DNA of 64,000 nucleotides, taken from NCBI RefSeq assembly GCF_016432865.1, contig NC_067401.1, positions 38,750,001 to 38,814,000 of the forward strand, written 5' to 3'. Within the stretch, counting starts at the first letter, position 1; every line of letters starts with the position of its first letter. The stretch comes from Antechinus flavipes. Lineage: Eukaryota. The position numbers were made by a program, and so were the translations under genes. Of this stretch, positions 31,086 to 43,283 are shown in pieces. The notes under the pieces are model-generated. The model was given only the letters and a program-made list of their open reading frames with translations. It made no database searches and was not told the origin of the DNA.

Positions 31086-34000
31086 GACACTTTCTCTCTT
31101 AATACAACCAAAGATCACATTAATTTTTTTTGATGTACATATCCCAAAGCCCTATTTCCTTCCTATACCATGTCTTCTCTTTCCATATATCTGTATCAGA
31201 AGTGCCATGCTGGTCTAAGTCAATTGTAGCCAGGGAAAGTTCTAAGGAGTAGAAAAATATCTGTTCCTGATTCCTCACTTCTCACAGATCTCTTGGTTCT
31301 GATGCCCTCTGTAGACCCCAAGGCCTCCCTCTGTGCCTTTTTGCCTCCAAAATCTAGAATCAAAGGATAGAGAAGGAAATTAGGAACATATAGTTGGGTC
31401 TCTAATGTAAAAGAGAATCCTCACCTCTCTTTGCCCTCACCGCAAAAGACCTGTTAGTAAAGAGAGAGGGAAGGAGTTTTTTTTTTTTTTTTCCCTTTAG
31501 AAAGGGAAGGAGTTTTATGAGATATTAGAGAATCAGATGATGGAATATAAAGGGGTACAGAGGAGAGATAACAAGGGAGATCAGTCCTATGTGAAAGATT
31601 CAGACCAAGCCATAATTACTTATTTCATTCCCCATGTCAGTGTATGTGTTGGAGATGGACATTGTTCAGTTCTTCCCCTTATTCCATCTAGCTTTTCCTA
31701 TTCCTCAACTGACTTTCTCCCTTGCCTTCATCTTCAGCAACAGTAAAGTTGGTAGCAGATGCTAAAAAAAAAAAAAAAAAAAAGTTAAAACGGAATCTAG
31801 TATATATTCTTACTTGCTTTGCTCACGGATCACTCCTACCAGACTATCTACACATGAGTCAAAGATGGTACTGGTGATGCTATGGTCATCGTTATAACTG
31901 GCCCATGTTCCTCTAAGATACTGCACAAGAGAAAGCTACTATGGCATAGTCACAGAATCTAAGAGTGAAAGGTACTTCAGAAGCCCCTCAGGCCAACTAG
32001 AATCAGAGGAACATAAAACTAAGCTTGCAGGAACTTGAGATTACCATCTAGTCTCCTAACATATCCCTCAACACCATTTAACAGATGAGAGAATTGAAGC
32101 CTAAAGGAACACAGTGACTGCCAAGATCAGGCAGGTGATAAGTAGCAAAACTCAGATCTTTTAGTTCCAAAAGTAGTATTTTACACCACCCTATATTCAG
32201 TAATAGTAAACAATCAGTCATACCATCCAGTCAACACTTATAGTTTAACTTATGTAGCACCTGGCTGGAGCCACTTTCTGAAAGTCCCAAGTGAACAGGA
32301 TTTTCCCTTTCATTTTCTGGTAAGTGACAAAGAGACAGAAGCAAGGAAGGGGAAGCAGAAAGACTCAGATATTTTGAACCATAATTGCAAAGCTCTCAAA
32401 AGCTCATCATCCTCTATAGAAGAAGGCATTTTTTTTTTTTTTGGACATGGCTAATACAGGGATTTGTTTTGTTTGACCATGCATATTGGTTACAAGGACT
32501 TTTTTCTTCTTTCTTTTCTTTTTTTCAATCGGTTGAGGTGGGAGAGAGGGGGGAAGAAGAGGAAGAAAATAGATTTTTGTTCATTGGGAAAACAAATTTA
32601 GTTAAAGAAAGATCCCAATACATCATGACCCTAAAATAGAAGGGCCCTTAGAATTACAATAGTGTTTTGTGACTCACCTCTCTCTCCCTTATTCTGTCTA
32701 TAGTGATTGACTAAGCTGTTTATGAGTTGGAGTTAGCAGTCATTCAGTCCATAAGTATTTATTAAGTGCTAATTCCATGCCAAGCATTGGGTTAACCATT
32801 GGAAATATAAAGAAAGGCAAAAATAGTTAGTTATTAAAAATAATTTAAAAATTAATTTTTAAATTTAATAATTTTTTAAAAAATTATTAAAAAATAGTTA
32901 CATGCAAGATAAGATACAGAATAGATGAAATTATCTCAACAGGGAAAGCACAAACAGCTAGTGGGACCAAGAAAGTCTTCTTGCAAAAGTCAGAGTTTGA
33001 GATGAGTCTTTAAGGAAGCTAAGAGAGAGATGAGGAAGTCTCCATGCATTCTAGGCATGGCAGTTCCAGGTCAGATCAAAGGCATGGAGATGGGAGATGT
33101 TTTCAAGGAACAGCAAATAGGACAGTTTAGGTAGCTAAATCACAGGGTGTGTAATAGAAACTAAAGTGTAAGAAAACTGTAAAGGGCAAAATTATGAAGA
33201 GATTTAAATATCAGAGACCTTTATATTTGATTGTAAAATACTGGATTTTATTAAATAGGGGATAAAGAAGAATATCATCTGACCTATGGTTTACAAAAAT
33301 CCCATTTAGCAAATGAGGGAAGGATTAGCCAGGGAGACAAGTAAAAGGTTATCATAATAGTGCAGGAGAGGGGATAAGAGTCTGGATGGGGGACAGAAAA
33401 AGAGGTATATGAAGGATGTCATGAAAATAGAAACGAGAAGCTTAAGCAACAGATTGGATGTATGGTGGGAATGAAGGGAAGGAGCTGAGAATAACTCCGA
33501 ACTTTTGAGCCTAGATGATTGGGAATAAGGTGGTCCTTTTGACAAGAATAGGAATGTTCAGAGGAGGGGAGGATTTGGAGAGAATGATTATGAATTCTGT
33601 TTTGAACATGCTAAGTTTGAAAAAATAATAATTATAGTTAGCATTTATGTTTGCCAATCACTTTATGTATACTATCTCATTTGATCTTTACAAGGACCTC
33701 TAGTACCAACCCCATTTTACAGATGAGGAACCTGAGAATAAGTAAAGTTAAGTGACTTATTCAGGGTCCCACAGTTAGAAAATGAGAAAGAATTCAAACT
33801 CAATTCTTTCTGACAATAAACCCAAATCTCTATCCAGTTCTAATGTCCAAAAATCAACTCAACAAGAGTTTATTAAGCCTCTGTTACATGCTAGACACTG
33901 TACTAAGCACTGGAGATATAAAGAAAAGCGAAAATAGTCCCTGCTCTCAAGCCATTAATAGTGAAAACAACAAGAAAACACTTATAATACAAACAAGACA

Positions 34001-34699
34001 CGCAGAGGATAAATTGGAGATAATAGCATTAAGTGAGACTGGAAAAGATTTTCTATAGAAAGTTGTGGATTTCAGTTGTGGCACGAAGGGGAATAAATCA
34101 AGGAAACCAGAGGTTTGTAGGTAAGAACTGATGTTCCAGACTTAGGGAACAGTCAGAGAAAAAGCATAGTATAGACGGTAGTGAGGCACTAAGTTGTTTG
34201 AAAGACCAAGGAGTGAGGATTTAGCGGTGGTGAGGCTGGGCAGGGCAAGGACTAGGGGACAGGACCACTTTTTCCCGGGACATACAGTGATCTAGTTCAT
34301 CCGGAGATATAGGAGAAATGGGATATAGTGCTAAGTGTTTAGCGCTTCAGAAAGGTCCTTCATACTGGTGAGGAACAAAATGAATCCCGAGAAATCCAGC
34401 CTCTCCCCAACGAGTGATGGCTCACTTGTCTCTGATCCAGCCAAAGGTCATCTTATTCTTCCAAGCCAGCTGGAGCTGGTCAGGAAGGTGGGGATCCTGT
34501 TTTACGCACTACCTGGCTGTGTCAGTGTGCGCGAGCCGCTTGATCTGAGTCTTAGTTTCCTCATCTGTAAAAAGGGGCGAGGGGACAATAATACAGCAGG
34601 GTTATTACGAGGATGGAATGAAACGGATCGATGAAAAGTACTTTGCAAAGCTCAAGTCACTAAGTAAGTCTCAGCTGTCATGAGTTATTTGTGCAGAGA

Positions 34700-35700
34700 G
34701 AGGTTGTCCCTAGGAGAGAAGAAAAGCGCGCCTTCTGGCCGCCCCGCCCCCCTCAAGTCTCGAACCTCCCCTCCCCCCACTTCCCCTTACCACGCCTCCC
34801 TCATCGGGGATCCTTTCTGAGGTCTGATCTCCATCCTTCCCACCTGGTTTCTTCCTTGGCCGAGAAGGATCCTCTCCCCTCCCCCCCAAATTTTTAGGTT
34901 TGTTCCCGCCTCTCCACGTGCTTCGACACGCTGCCCAAGCGTGCCCAGACTCCTGGACTTGTCACAACGTGGGGACCCTGTGTCCCTAGAAAAGGGGCTC
35001 TGACCACGACGAGTCTCTCCCACGACATATCGCAGCTGTCCCCTGGCTAAGTGATAAGACACAACATGGGCAATATGCAGAGGACAACACAATCGTGACA
35101 CTCCATCGCGACACACCTGGGGAATCGTCCTTTTCCCTTCGGCCAACCTACTACGAGTCGTCCAAGCTAGCGGGACAACAGGTTTTCTGCCAAAACTCAA
35201 GCAGCCGCAGAGGTTCCGTTCAATGATTGGCCAAATGCTACGCAGAGCGAGCTCCTGGAAACCTCCGATTGGCTGTTTAATTCTCAGGCAGGTGCCGGTC
35301 CAATGGAAGAAAAGGCGGTCCCTCCCTAGCTTGCGGCTCTTATTGGCAGTCGTAGAGGACCGACTTTGAAGCTCACTCTCATTATTGGGCACCCACACGA
35401 GGCAGGTATGTCGTTCACTGAGAAACTCACGGGACGATTGGCTTAGGGAGAAAGTAGGGGCGGTGGTAGGGAGGGAGCAATGGAAGCCGATCGGCCGGAG
35501 AGGACACTGGCGGAGGATTGGATGTGGTGGGTCACGTGGGTGGGCGCTGATTGGCTGAAGCGAGGCCCGCAGTTCCCCTAGTCGGGGTGTGAGGAGACGG
35601 CGACTGGGGAGCCGAGGGGACGACGGCTATTCCCAGAGGAGCGGTATAAGCCGGGGCCGGGACCGGAGAGGGAGATTAGAGCTGGGTCCGAGGGCGTGTG
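34700..35700. promoter_or_regulatory. TDRKH: TDRKH CpG-island promoter with 8 CCAAT boxes, an E-box and GC boxes
   Basis: ATTGG/CCAAT at 35226, 35268, 35300, 35342, 35384, 35437, 35517 and 35550; GTCACGTG at 35531-35538; CpG-rich. Confidence 0.8.
35555..35643 (+). other. TDRKH: Candidate TDRKH non-coding exon 1
   Basis: Immediately after the last CCAAT box and ends GAGCG|gtataag; TSS approximate. Confidence 0.5.
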
Positions 35701-36864
35701 AGAAGATGAAATGGAGTTAGAAAAAGCGAAGCGGTTGGAAAAAAGCCAAGAGTCTAGGGGCGGAGAGGATGAGGAGAGGGGGTTTGGGGAAGATGGAGGC
35801 CTTGGGCCCTGTGGGAAGGGGGTTGAGGAATCGAGAACATTTATTAAGTGCGTTCTTTGAGAAAAAGAAAAGCGGAGGAGGTTGGGCGAGAGCGGGGAGG
35901 TAAAGGGAGGGGCAGGGGAAATGGTGGAATAAGGGTGTGAGGAGGCAACCAAGGTGGGGTGAGGTATGGGGAGGTGGGGAAGGAACCGAGGAGATGAGCC
36001 CTGCGGCCCTAAATTTGGGAGGGCTGAGGGGATGTTCGAGGGAGGCCTGGAAATGAAAGAGAAGCCAAGAAGAAACTGGGAGAAGGGAGCGCCAGCAGGT
36101 GGGGGGAGGGGCAGAAAAGGGGGTGTGTGGGTAGGAAGGGAGAATGCGAAGGCTGGAGTTGGCATGGGAACGGAGAGAGGTTGGAAGTAGGAAGGGTCTG
36201 AGGGAGGGGGCGGGAAGTAGGTAAGAGGTTCTGAGTCTTGTGGGAGTGTCAGTACAAAAGCAAATTTTTATAGTCGCCTTAACCTCAGAAATCATAACTG
36301 CAAAGAAAAGACTCTAACTTTAATATTTAGTGATGCTAGCATAAGTTGGAGAGCCTATTTTTAGTCTTACCAGGGTTCCAATCTTAGGATCATAGATTTA
36401 GAGCTGGAAGGGACCACAGAGTTTATCTAGTTCAAATCCCTAATTCTACAGATGAGGAAACTGATCCCCAGAGAGGTTAAGTGATTTGCCCAAGATCATA
36501 CAGGTAAGAAATTAAAATTTGAACCTAGGTCTTTTAACTACAAAGCCCCCCTACATTTCTTCATATCACATCATATCAGTCCTGAGCTGTCTGGGGGGGG
36601 GGGGGGGGGAAGGCCCCAGGAGAAGTATAGTTGTCACTTTGCCTTTCTTCAGGGTTGTTGTTTTTTCTTTAATTTTCCTTTTAATAAAATTATCACTTGC
36701 TCCCTACCTCGTTTTTGCCTTTATTACTAAACTCAATTATTTGATCCCTCTCTCTGCCACCCTTCTAGTGCAGTTACCATAATTTGGAATTGACAGAAAA
36801 CTGACTTTGCTTTCAAAGCCTGTTTTTACTCTTTGCCCCCCCTTTTTAAAAAATTATTATTATT

Positions 36865-37110
36865 ATAGCTTTTTATTGACAAAACATATGTATGGATAAT
36901 TTTTCAACATTGACCCATGCAAACACTTGGGTTCCAATTTTTCCCCTCCTTCCCTCCACCCCCTCCTCTAGATGGCAAGCAGTCCCATGCATGTTAAACA
37001 TGTTAAAGTATATGTTAAATACAATATACGTATACATATTTATACAATTATCTTGTTGCACAATAAAAGTCGGATTTAGAAAGAAGGTAAAAATAACCTG
37101 GGAAGGAAAA
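36865..37110 (-). mobile_element. Marsupial L1 3' end
   Basis: Poly-T followed by caaaacatat...ccctcctctagatggcaagcagtcc...ttgttgcaca. Confidence 0.75.
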
Positions 37111-39077
37111 CAAAAATCCTTGCCCCTTTCTTAAGGGAAAGGTATGAGGTTTCTTTATCCCATAAGTTTTTATACATAAAGAAAGAAGTGGATTTATTAT
37201 CCTCAGATGCTTCTGAAATGCTCTTAACAGGCATGAAAAACACTTGACTCTTGGTTTGTGAAAGCTCCTTTTAGAAGTAGTTTGACTTTCATTGATTTTT
37301 AAAAGGAAATTTGATACAAAAATGTATATTGGTTATTATCAATTTGTTTATAATGGAAACTCTTGTACATATAAGGTTAAGGTTTAAAAACATTTTCTTC
37401 ACTTCAGCTCTGTCAAGTAAGCAAGTATCCTCATATTTTTCTGTCCGGATCAGAGATTTCATCTGTGAAAGGAGTTCCTGGTAAAGTAACACCCTCCACC
37501 AACCTTGGTTTGCTACTTTGGTTTTAAGAAAGTTGCCTAGGTCAATGAGAGGTTAATGGACTTGCCTAGGATTACCCAGCTAGTATTTATGGAAGCAAAC
37601 TTCTTCTAGCTTCCATACCCTAGACCACAATGCCTTTCTATTCCCTTTGTACAGATGAGGAAACAGAGACTCCAAAGAGGTAAGTCATTTGCCCAGGTCA
37701 CCCACTAGTGTCAGAGTCAGTTTCCATCTGACTTCAAGGTTAGTGCTTTTTTTTTTCCTTTAATTTTATTTTTTCACATTGTGCCTATATGCCAAGGCAG
37801 AGAGTGGAGTAATGCAGCATATTTAATTGTGAGCAGAAAGGTGTCAGAGGACTGATAATAATTTTGCTAATTTTCATATTTGGAGTTCTTTGAATTCTCA
37901 GCTCTAACTTATTTTAGCTATAGTATGGATTCTTTTGTGCCTGCACTTTTTTATGTACTGTATCACTTGTCATTGGAGTTAGGTTCACAGATCTGAAATG
38001 TTGCATTTTCAAAGGAAGTTATGCTCTTCCTTGAACAGAATTAACTGGTCTGACTTGAACTGTGTGCTTATCCTGAATTTCTGTATCTTTATAGAATGGT
38101 CAGATTCTGGTATTCTGTCTTTTCCTTGTATTGCTCCCCTATTCCATTTAAGTAATAAAATCAAGCAAGCATCTAGTAATTTTTAAATGTTTTATCCAGT
38201 AGTGTTCATGACAGTATGTATATCTAAATGAATTTAGGCTTTAATTTAGTAATAAACAAATGGTATGGGTGTGTGTAAATATATATGCATATGTGTACAT
38301 ATGAGTGTGAAAATTTTATCCTTTTGATTTGGTAATTATTGAGATTATTTAAATTTAGTCTTTGGTACAAGTGGGCTTATACATAAATCCATTCATATCG
38401 GCAAAATGTTGATACATCTCAAATAAAGTATTTTATGATCTGAACAAGATTTAATGGTACCTTGCCCTTGGATTATCTCTTTTGCCATATCTGCCCTTGC
38501 TTAAATTGCTTTGAGTACTTCAGGTTTGGAATGCATTTTTCCCAGATAGGACTAAAGACCAATGGAAATAAAACTATTTGCATTGTTGCATCCATGATCT
38601 TATTGGAATCAGTGGGATTAGTTAGTATCTTATATATTCTGCCTTCCCTCTCCCTGGAAGGGGGAGCACCACTTTTTTTCCATGAAGGCTTCTAAGATCC
38701 TTCTCTCATTGCATTTATCTCTCTTAACATGCTTATCGTAGATTTACTTATGTCTTATCTTCTTAGTAGATAATAAGATTCCTAAGACTAGGATTTTTAA
38801 ATCTGGTGCCTGATAAGAGTTACATGTATGTAACAGATACTTAATTGACCGCTAAAGTCACATTTATCTTCTACTTTCCTTTTTTCATACGCTTTGATGT
38901 GAATAGGAAATGAAAATACTGACCACTGGAAAGGGGTATTTGGAAGTTTGGATACTTTCTGGAAATACTTTCTAGTGCTCTCAATTCAATTTTAAAAATA
39001 CTTATTAGGTACCCACCTTACATGTTCATCACATAGACATTGACAGTAGATATCACAGAAATGCCAAAACCCTAGAG

Positions 39078-39268
39078 CAAGGATCCTCAAACTACGGCCC
39101 GCTGGCCAGATGCCACAGCTGAGTACGTTTATCCCCCTCACCCAGGGCTATGAAGTTTCTTTATTTAAAGGCCCACAAAACAAAGTTTTTGTTTTTAGTA
39201 TAGTCCGGCCCTCCAACAGTCTGAGGGACAGTGAACTGGCCCCCATTCAAAAAGTTTGAGGACCTCTG
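39078..39268. mobile_element. hAT MITE, OposCharlie1 (OC1)-type non-autonomous element, 191 bp
   Basis: TIRs caaggatcctcaaact / agtttgaggacctctg; perfect 8-bp TSD ccctagag (39070-39077, 39269-39276); internal sequence matches the dasyurid OC1 MITE as I recall it. Confidence 0.88.
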
Positions 39269-40098
39269 CCCTAGAGCTTTAGCTTTACCTTCATAGTTTG
39301 TACATAATGCCAAAGTATTTAGGTAAGAATATGGCTGTATACAGAATCTTTGGCTTTGATCCAGATTGCCTGAGATAGATAGCTGTCACTGTCACTAACA
39401 AGTTTTTCCTCAGCTAGCATTATTAAATACCTACTAAGTACTTAGGCATTGTATTACATGGTAATGTCCTTGCCAAGTAGTTGACAGTTTAATCAGAGAG
39501 AACATATGCAGACTTAAACAACTGGACAAAAAAGATATATTAAGCATGTTCTTCATTTATTTAAAAATCCACAATCATGAATTTTTAGAAGAGGATTGAC
39601 AGATCAAATTGTTGCTAAGGTACTAGTTGAGCTAGTGTTTATACATATGGTTGATTGCTTGCCTTAAAAAAATTTAGAGTTGGAAGCAGAGAAGAGGGAG
39701 GAAAGAGCTCAAGTAGAAAATATAGCATTTGTTATTTAAAGTCATGTATTTTAAAGTACAAAACGAAGAAAGAAATCTTAGCATGTGCTGTTGTTCCAAG
39801 CTACTGCTTTGACGAAGCATTTAGAATCTTTGGGAAAAGCATTTTAAATCAATATTAAATACATCCGCAGAAATTTTGAATGTTGTAGAGTCTATGGAAA
39901 AACTTACAAAATCCTGAGAGGTTAAGAAAAATAACATTATGACTCAACATAAATAATATTTACACTATATAAATGACTATGATATAGAGGTGCTTTTTTT
40001 TTTCCCCCTTTGGTTTCTCTCAAGCCAGTTACTGTTATTTAAATAAGACCTCAAAATTAAACTCAGGTGTAACACTTAATGTTTTAAAGAAAAGCCTA

Positions 40099-40240
40099 GG
40101 GGCAGCTAGGTGTCAAAGTAAAGCATCAGCCCTGAAGTTAGGATGACCAGAGTTCAAATGTGATCTCAGACTTTAACACTTCGTAGCTGTGTGACCTTGG
40201 GCAAGTCACTTAACCCCAGTTGCCTCAGCAAAAAAGAAAG
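40099..40240 (+). mobile_element. WSINE1-type CORE-SINE
   Basis: ggggcagctagg...gagttcaaat...gtgaccttgggcaagtcacttaaccccagttgcctcagc + A tail; 13-bp TSD aaagaaaagccta. Confidence 0.85.
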
Positions 40241-43159
40241 AAAGAAAAGCCTACCTAATATCACTGGGAAAGTTCTAAAAAATTTTCTATCTTCAAAGAA
40301 AAATTGACTTTTGTACACAATTTGAGACAGAAATTTTGTAATCATAAAACTACACACAAACTTCAATACAGGCACAGTCTCCTTGCCAAAGACAGTTTAC
40401 CTAATGGTCAAAGTGAGCTTGCTAATTTACTATTGGAAAAACAAGAGCATAGAATCCTCTTATTAAGGCTGCAAGCTCAGCAAACAGCAGTAAAGATTTG
40501 GGGTATTTTTTGGTGGGGAAAGAGGAGTGGGAGCCAGGTTGGGCAAGAATGTATAATGTTGTTACAGGCTTTATAAACACTACAGTTTTGCAAATTTTTT
40601 AGTGAATTACTAAAAACTTGAAAGTCTGCATTTAATTTTTAACTAAGAGGAAGGGAGAGATGCTTATTCCAACGGGCAGGAGTGAAAAACATCCGGATCT
40701 TAGAATCATATATCTGGAGCTGAAAGGGAAATCAGAAGTCAGGTAGTCTAGCACCCTCATTTTTTAGATCAGGAAACTAAGATCCAGATTGGTGTAAGGT
40801 CACTTAGAATGGGATTAAGGATTTGAATCCAGATTCTGCAAGTACCCAAGTCTAGTGCTTTGTCTGTTCTTCCAGATTTAATTCTACCTTGATTATTGTT
40901 GTGGTAGAATTGCTGCTCTTGCATCTGAAATAGGAATTCTATTCTCTTTCAGAGAAGATCCTATTTAAAACTGACATTTTATTTCAGAGTAGATTTTGGT
41001 TTTATCTGTATTTCTAGCATCACTAGAATTGAACCAGATTTTTTGACAATCATCATTGAAGTTGCATTTTTGTGTAGTAGTCATATAAACTAAAGGGTTT
41101 TTCTCCCATACCTGAGCAAATCCAAAGGGAAAATAGCTTTTTAATTTTTTGGTAACAGTAAAACACAACTGCAGCCTGGAGTCTCACAAAGCTGCTTGAA
41201 TTGATAAAAGGTTTTTCAATTGACTAATTGATTTGTATTGTCTTGACTATTCAAGTTAATGGAATAATCTTGAATATGATCTTCCTAACATGTAAACATG
41301 AAACCACATCACACATAGAACTTTTCCCTCTTTCCCTTTTACTACCTCTCCAAAAAATAAACAAAAAAAATGTAGCTATTTTTTTAAAAGGGACTCTTAA
41401 ATTTTTGTGAATACATGATGAACAGAAGAGAAAAATAAAATCATCATAGGAAGATAAATTGAAATTGATTGTGAAAGACTTTACATGTGAAAGAGATGAG
41501 TTTGTATTTTAACCCAAAGGCAATAAAGAGTCACTAAAGCTTCTTGATCAGAGGAACTGGGTCAGAAGGGTGCTTTAGGACTTTCACTATGGTAGCCATA
41601 AAGAAGATGGATAGAAGAGGGGAAGACACCCATTGGGTGCTGTTGCACTTGTTCTCCAGGTGAGAAGTGTTGTTGAGGGTCTGAACTAAAGGAATTGAAG
41701 CGTAGAGAGAAGGGTACAGATATGAGAGATGCTTTGGCTTTAGATGCAACAAGATAACAACTTGATGGGTAGGGCTTGAAAAAGGGAAGGGAACTGGCAT
41801 TTTTATATAGTACTTACTGTGTATCATGCATCATTCTAAGCATTTTACAGATATTATCCCTTTTGATGCTCACAACAAGCCTTCCAGGTAGTTGCTGTTG
41901 TTAGTCCTATTTTGTACTTAAGGAAACAGGCTGACAGAAGTCAAGTGATTTGTGTCTGGTGCCACACAACTAATAAGTGCCCCTGCCAAGATTTGAACTC
42001 AGATCTTTCTGACTCCAGGCCCAGCCCTTTACCCCATTGTACCATCAGTTGCCACCAAGAGCAGGAAATACTCTAATGTGATTATGAGATTGTGAAGCTG
42101 AGTGACTGGAAGAGTAGTGTTCTTGATAGGAATAGGGAAATTGGAAGGCAAAGATTTTTGAAAGAATGACTTCCAATTAGCGCTATCTAGCAGGCGGTTA
42201 GAAACATGTTGGTTTGGGAGTTATCTGCAGACAGGTGATAGTTGAAATGGAGTTGATGAATCATCAAGCGATGGTATAGGGGAAAAAAGAGAAGAAACAA
42301 GAGCTCCAAGGTCTATCCACATATTGGGCTTAGAGCATAAATGATAGTGCGTTAGGCCAGAGAGACAAATCAAGTCATTCCAAACACCACAAAGCTTCAG
42401 GAAGGACAAGGGCCAAGAAAAGAGTGTGGGGTTGGATGACTAAGAGAAGTTGTAGGGTTAGAAGTTCTGTACCAAACTTTACTTTCTATTTCATTCTATA
42501 TACTGATGCAGAGCAATTTTCCTAAGTCTTAGGCTGGATATCTACATGGCACAATCGGAAAAGCCCTAGACTTGGAGCCACAACTGGCCATCTCAGACAC
42601 TTAACCAGTTGTGTGACCCTGGGCAAGTCACTTAATCTTTCTTAGTCTCAGTTTCTTCCTCTATAAAATGAAGATATCTGTGGCACAACTCACAAAATTG
42701 TGAAGATCAAATAAGAAAGAATCATCTGGAGATGTAAAACATTTTGAAAACTTAATATATTTTAATCTTGTTCAAATTTTATTAGTTCACTACTGCTACA
42801 AATTTAACATCTTAGCATAACTTTCAAAGTCCTCCATAATCTAAAATCATCCTACTTTCTAGCTTTAGTTTGTGTTACTGTTGTTTTTATCATCTAAGCT
42901 CCCCAGCCAAATTGGTTTGTTCATTGTTTTTAAATTTCGTGAGTTTGTGTATTTTTCTAGGGCTGGGCAGCAAAGTGACAAAGTAAGTTTCTTTTTACCT
43001 ATGGCCTTCAGTTGCTTGTGCAGTAAGTTGGGTTTCTTACCTTGGAGTTGGTACTTAGAATTTGGGCAAAAGTATTGCTAGCAACAAATAAGTTTTAGTT
43101 GAAAGCTTTCCTTGTTTCCCCTCCCATGCTTCAGAATGCAGGTTAGAACTTCAGAGAAA

Positions 43160-43283
43160 ATGTCCACTGAATGGTCTTCTTGGACAAACCTCTCAACCAT
43201 TCAGAAAATAGCACTGGGCCTTGGAATTCCAGCCAGCCTGACCGTTGCTTATATCCTCTACCGAAGGTATAGAGAAAGCAGAG
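43160..43283 (+). CDS. TDRKH: TDRKH first coding exon (MSTEWSSW...RRYRESR)
   Basis: AGAG|gtacgt, 124 nt coding. Confidence 0.96.
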
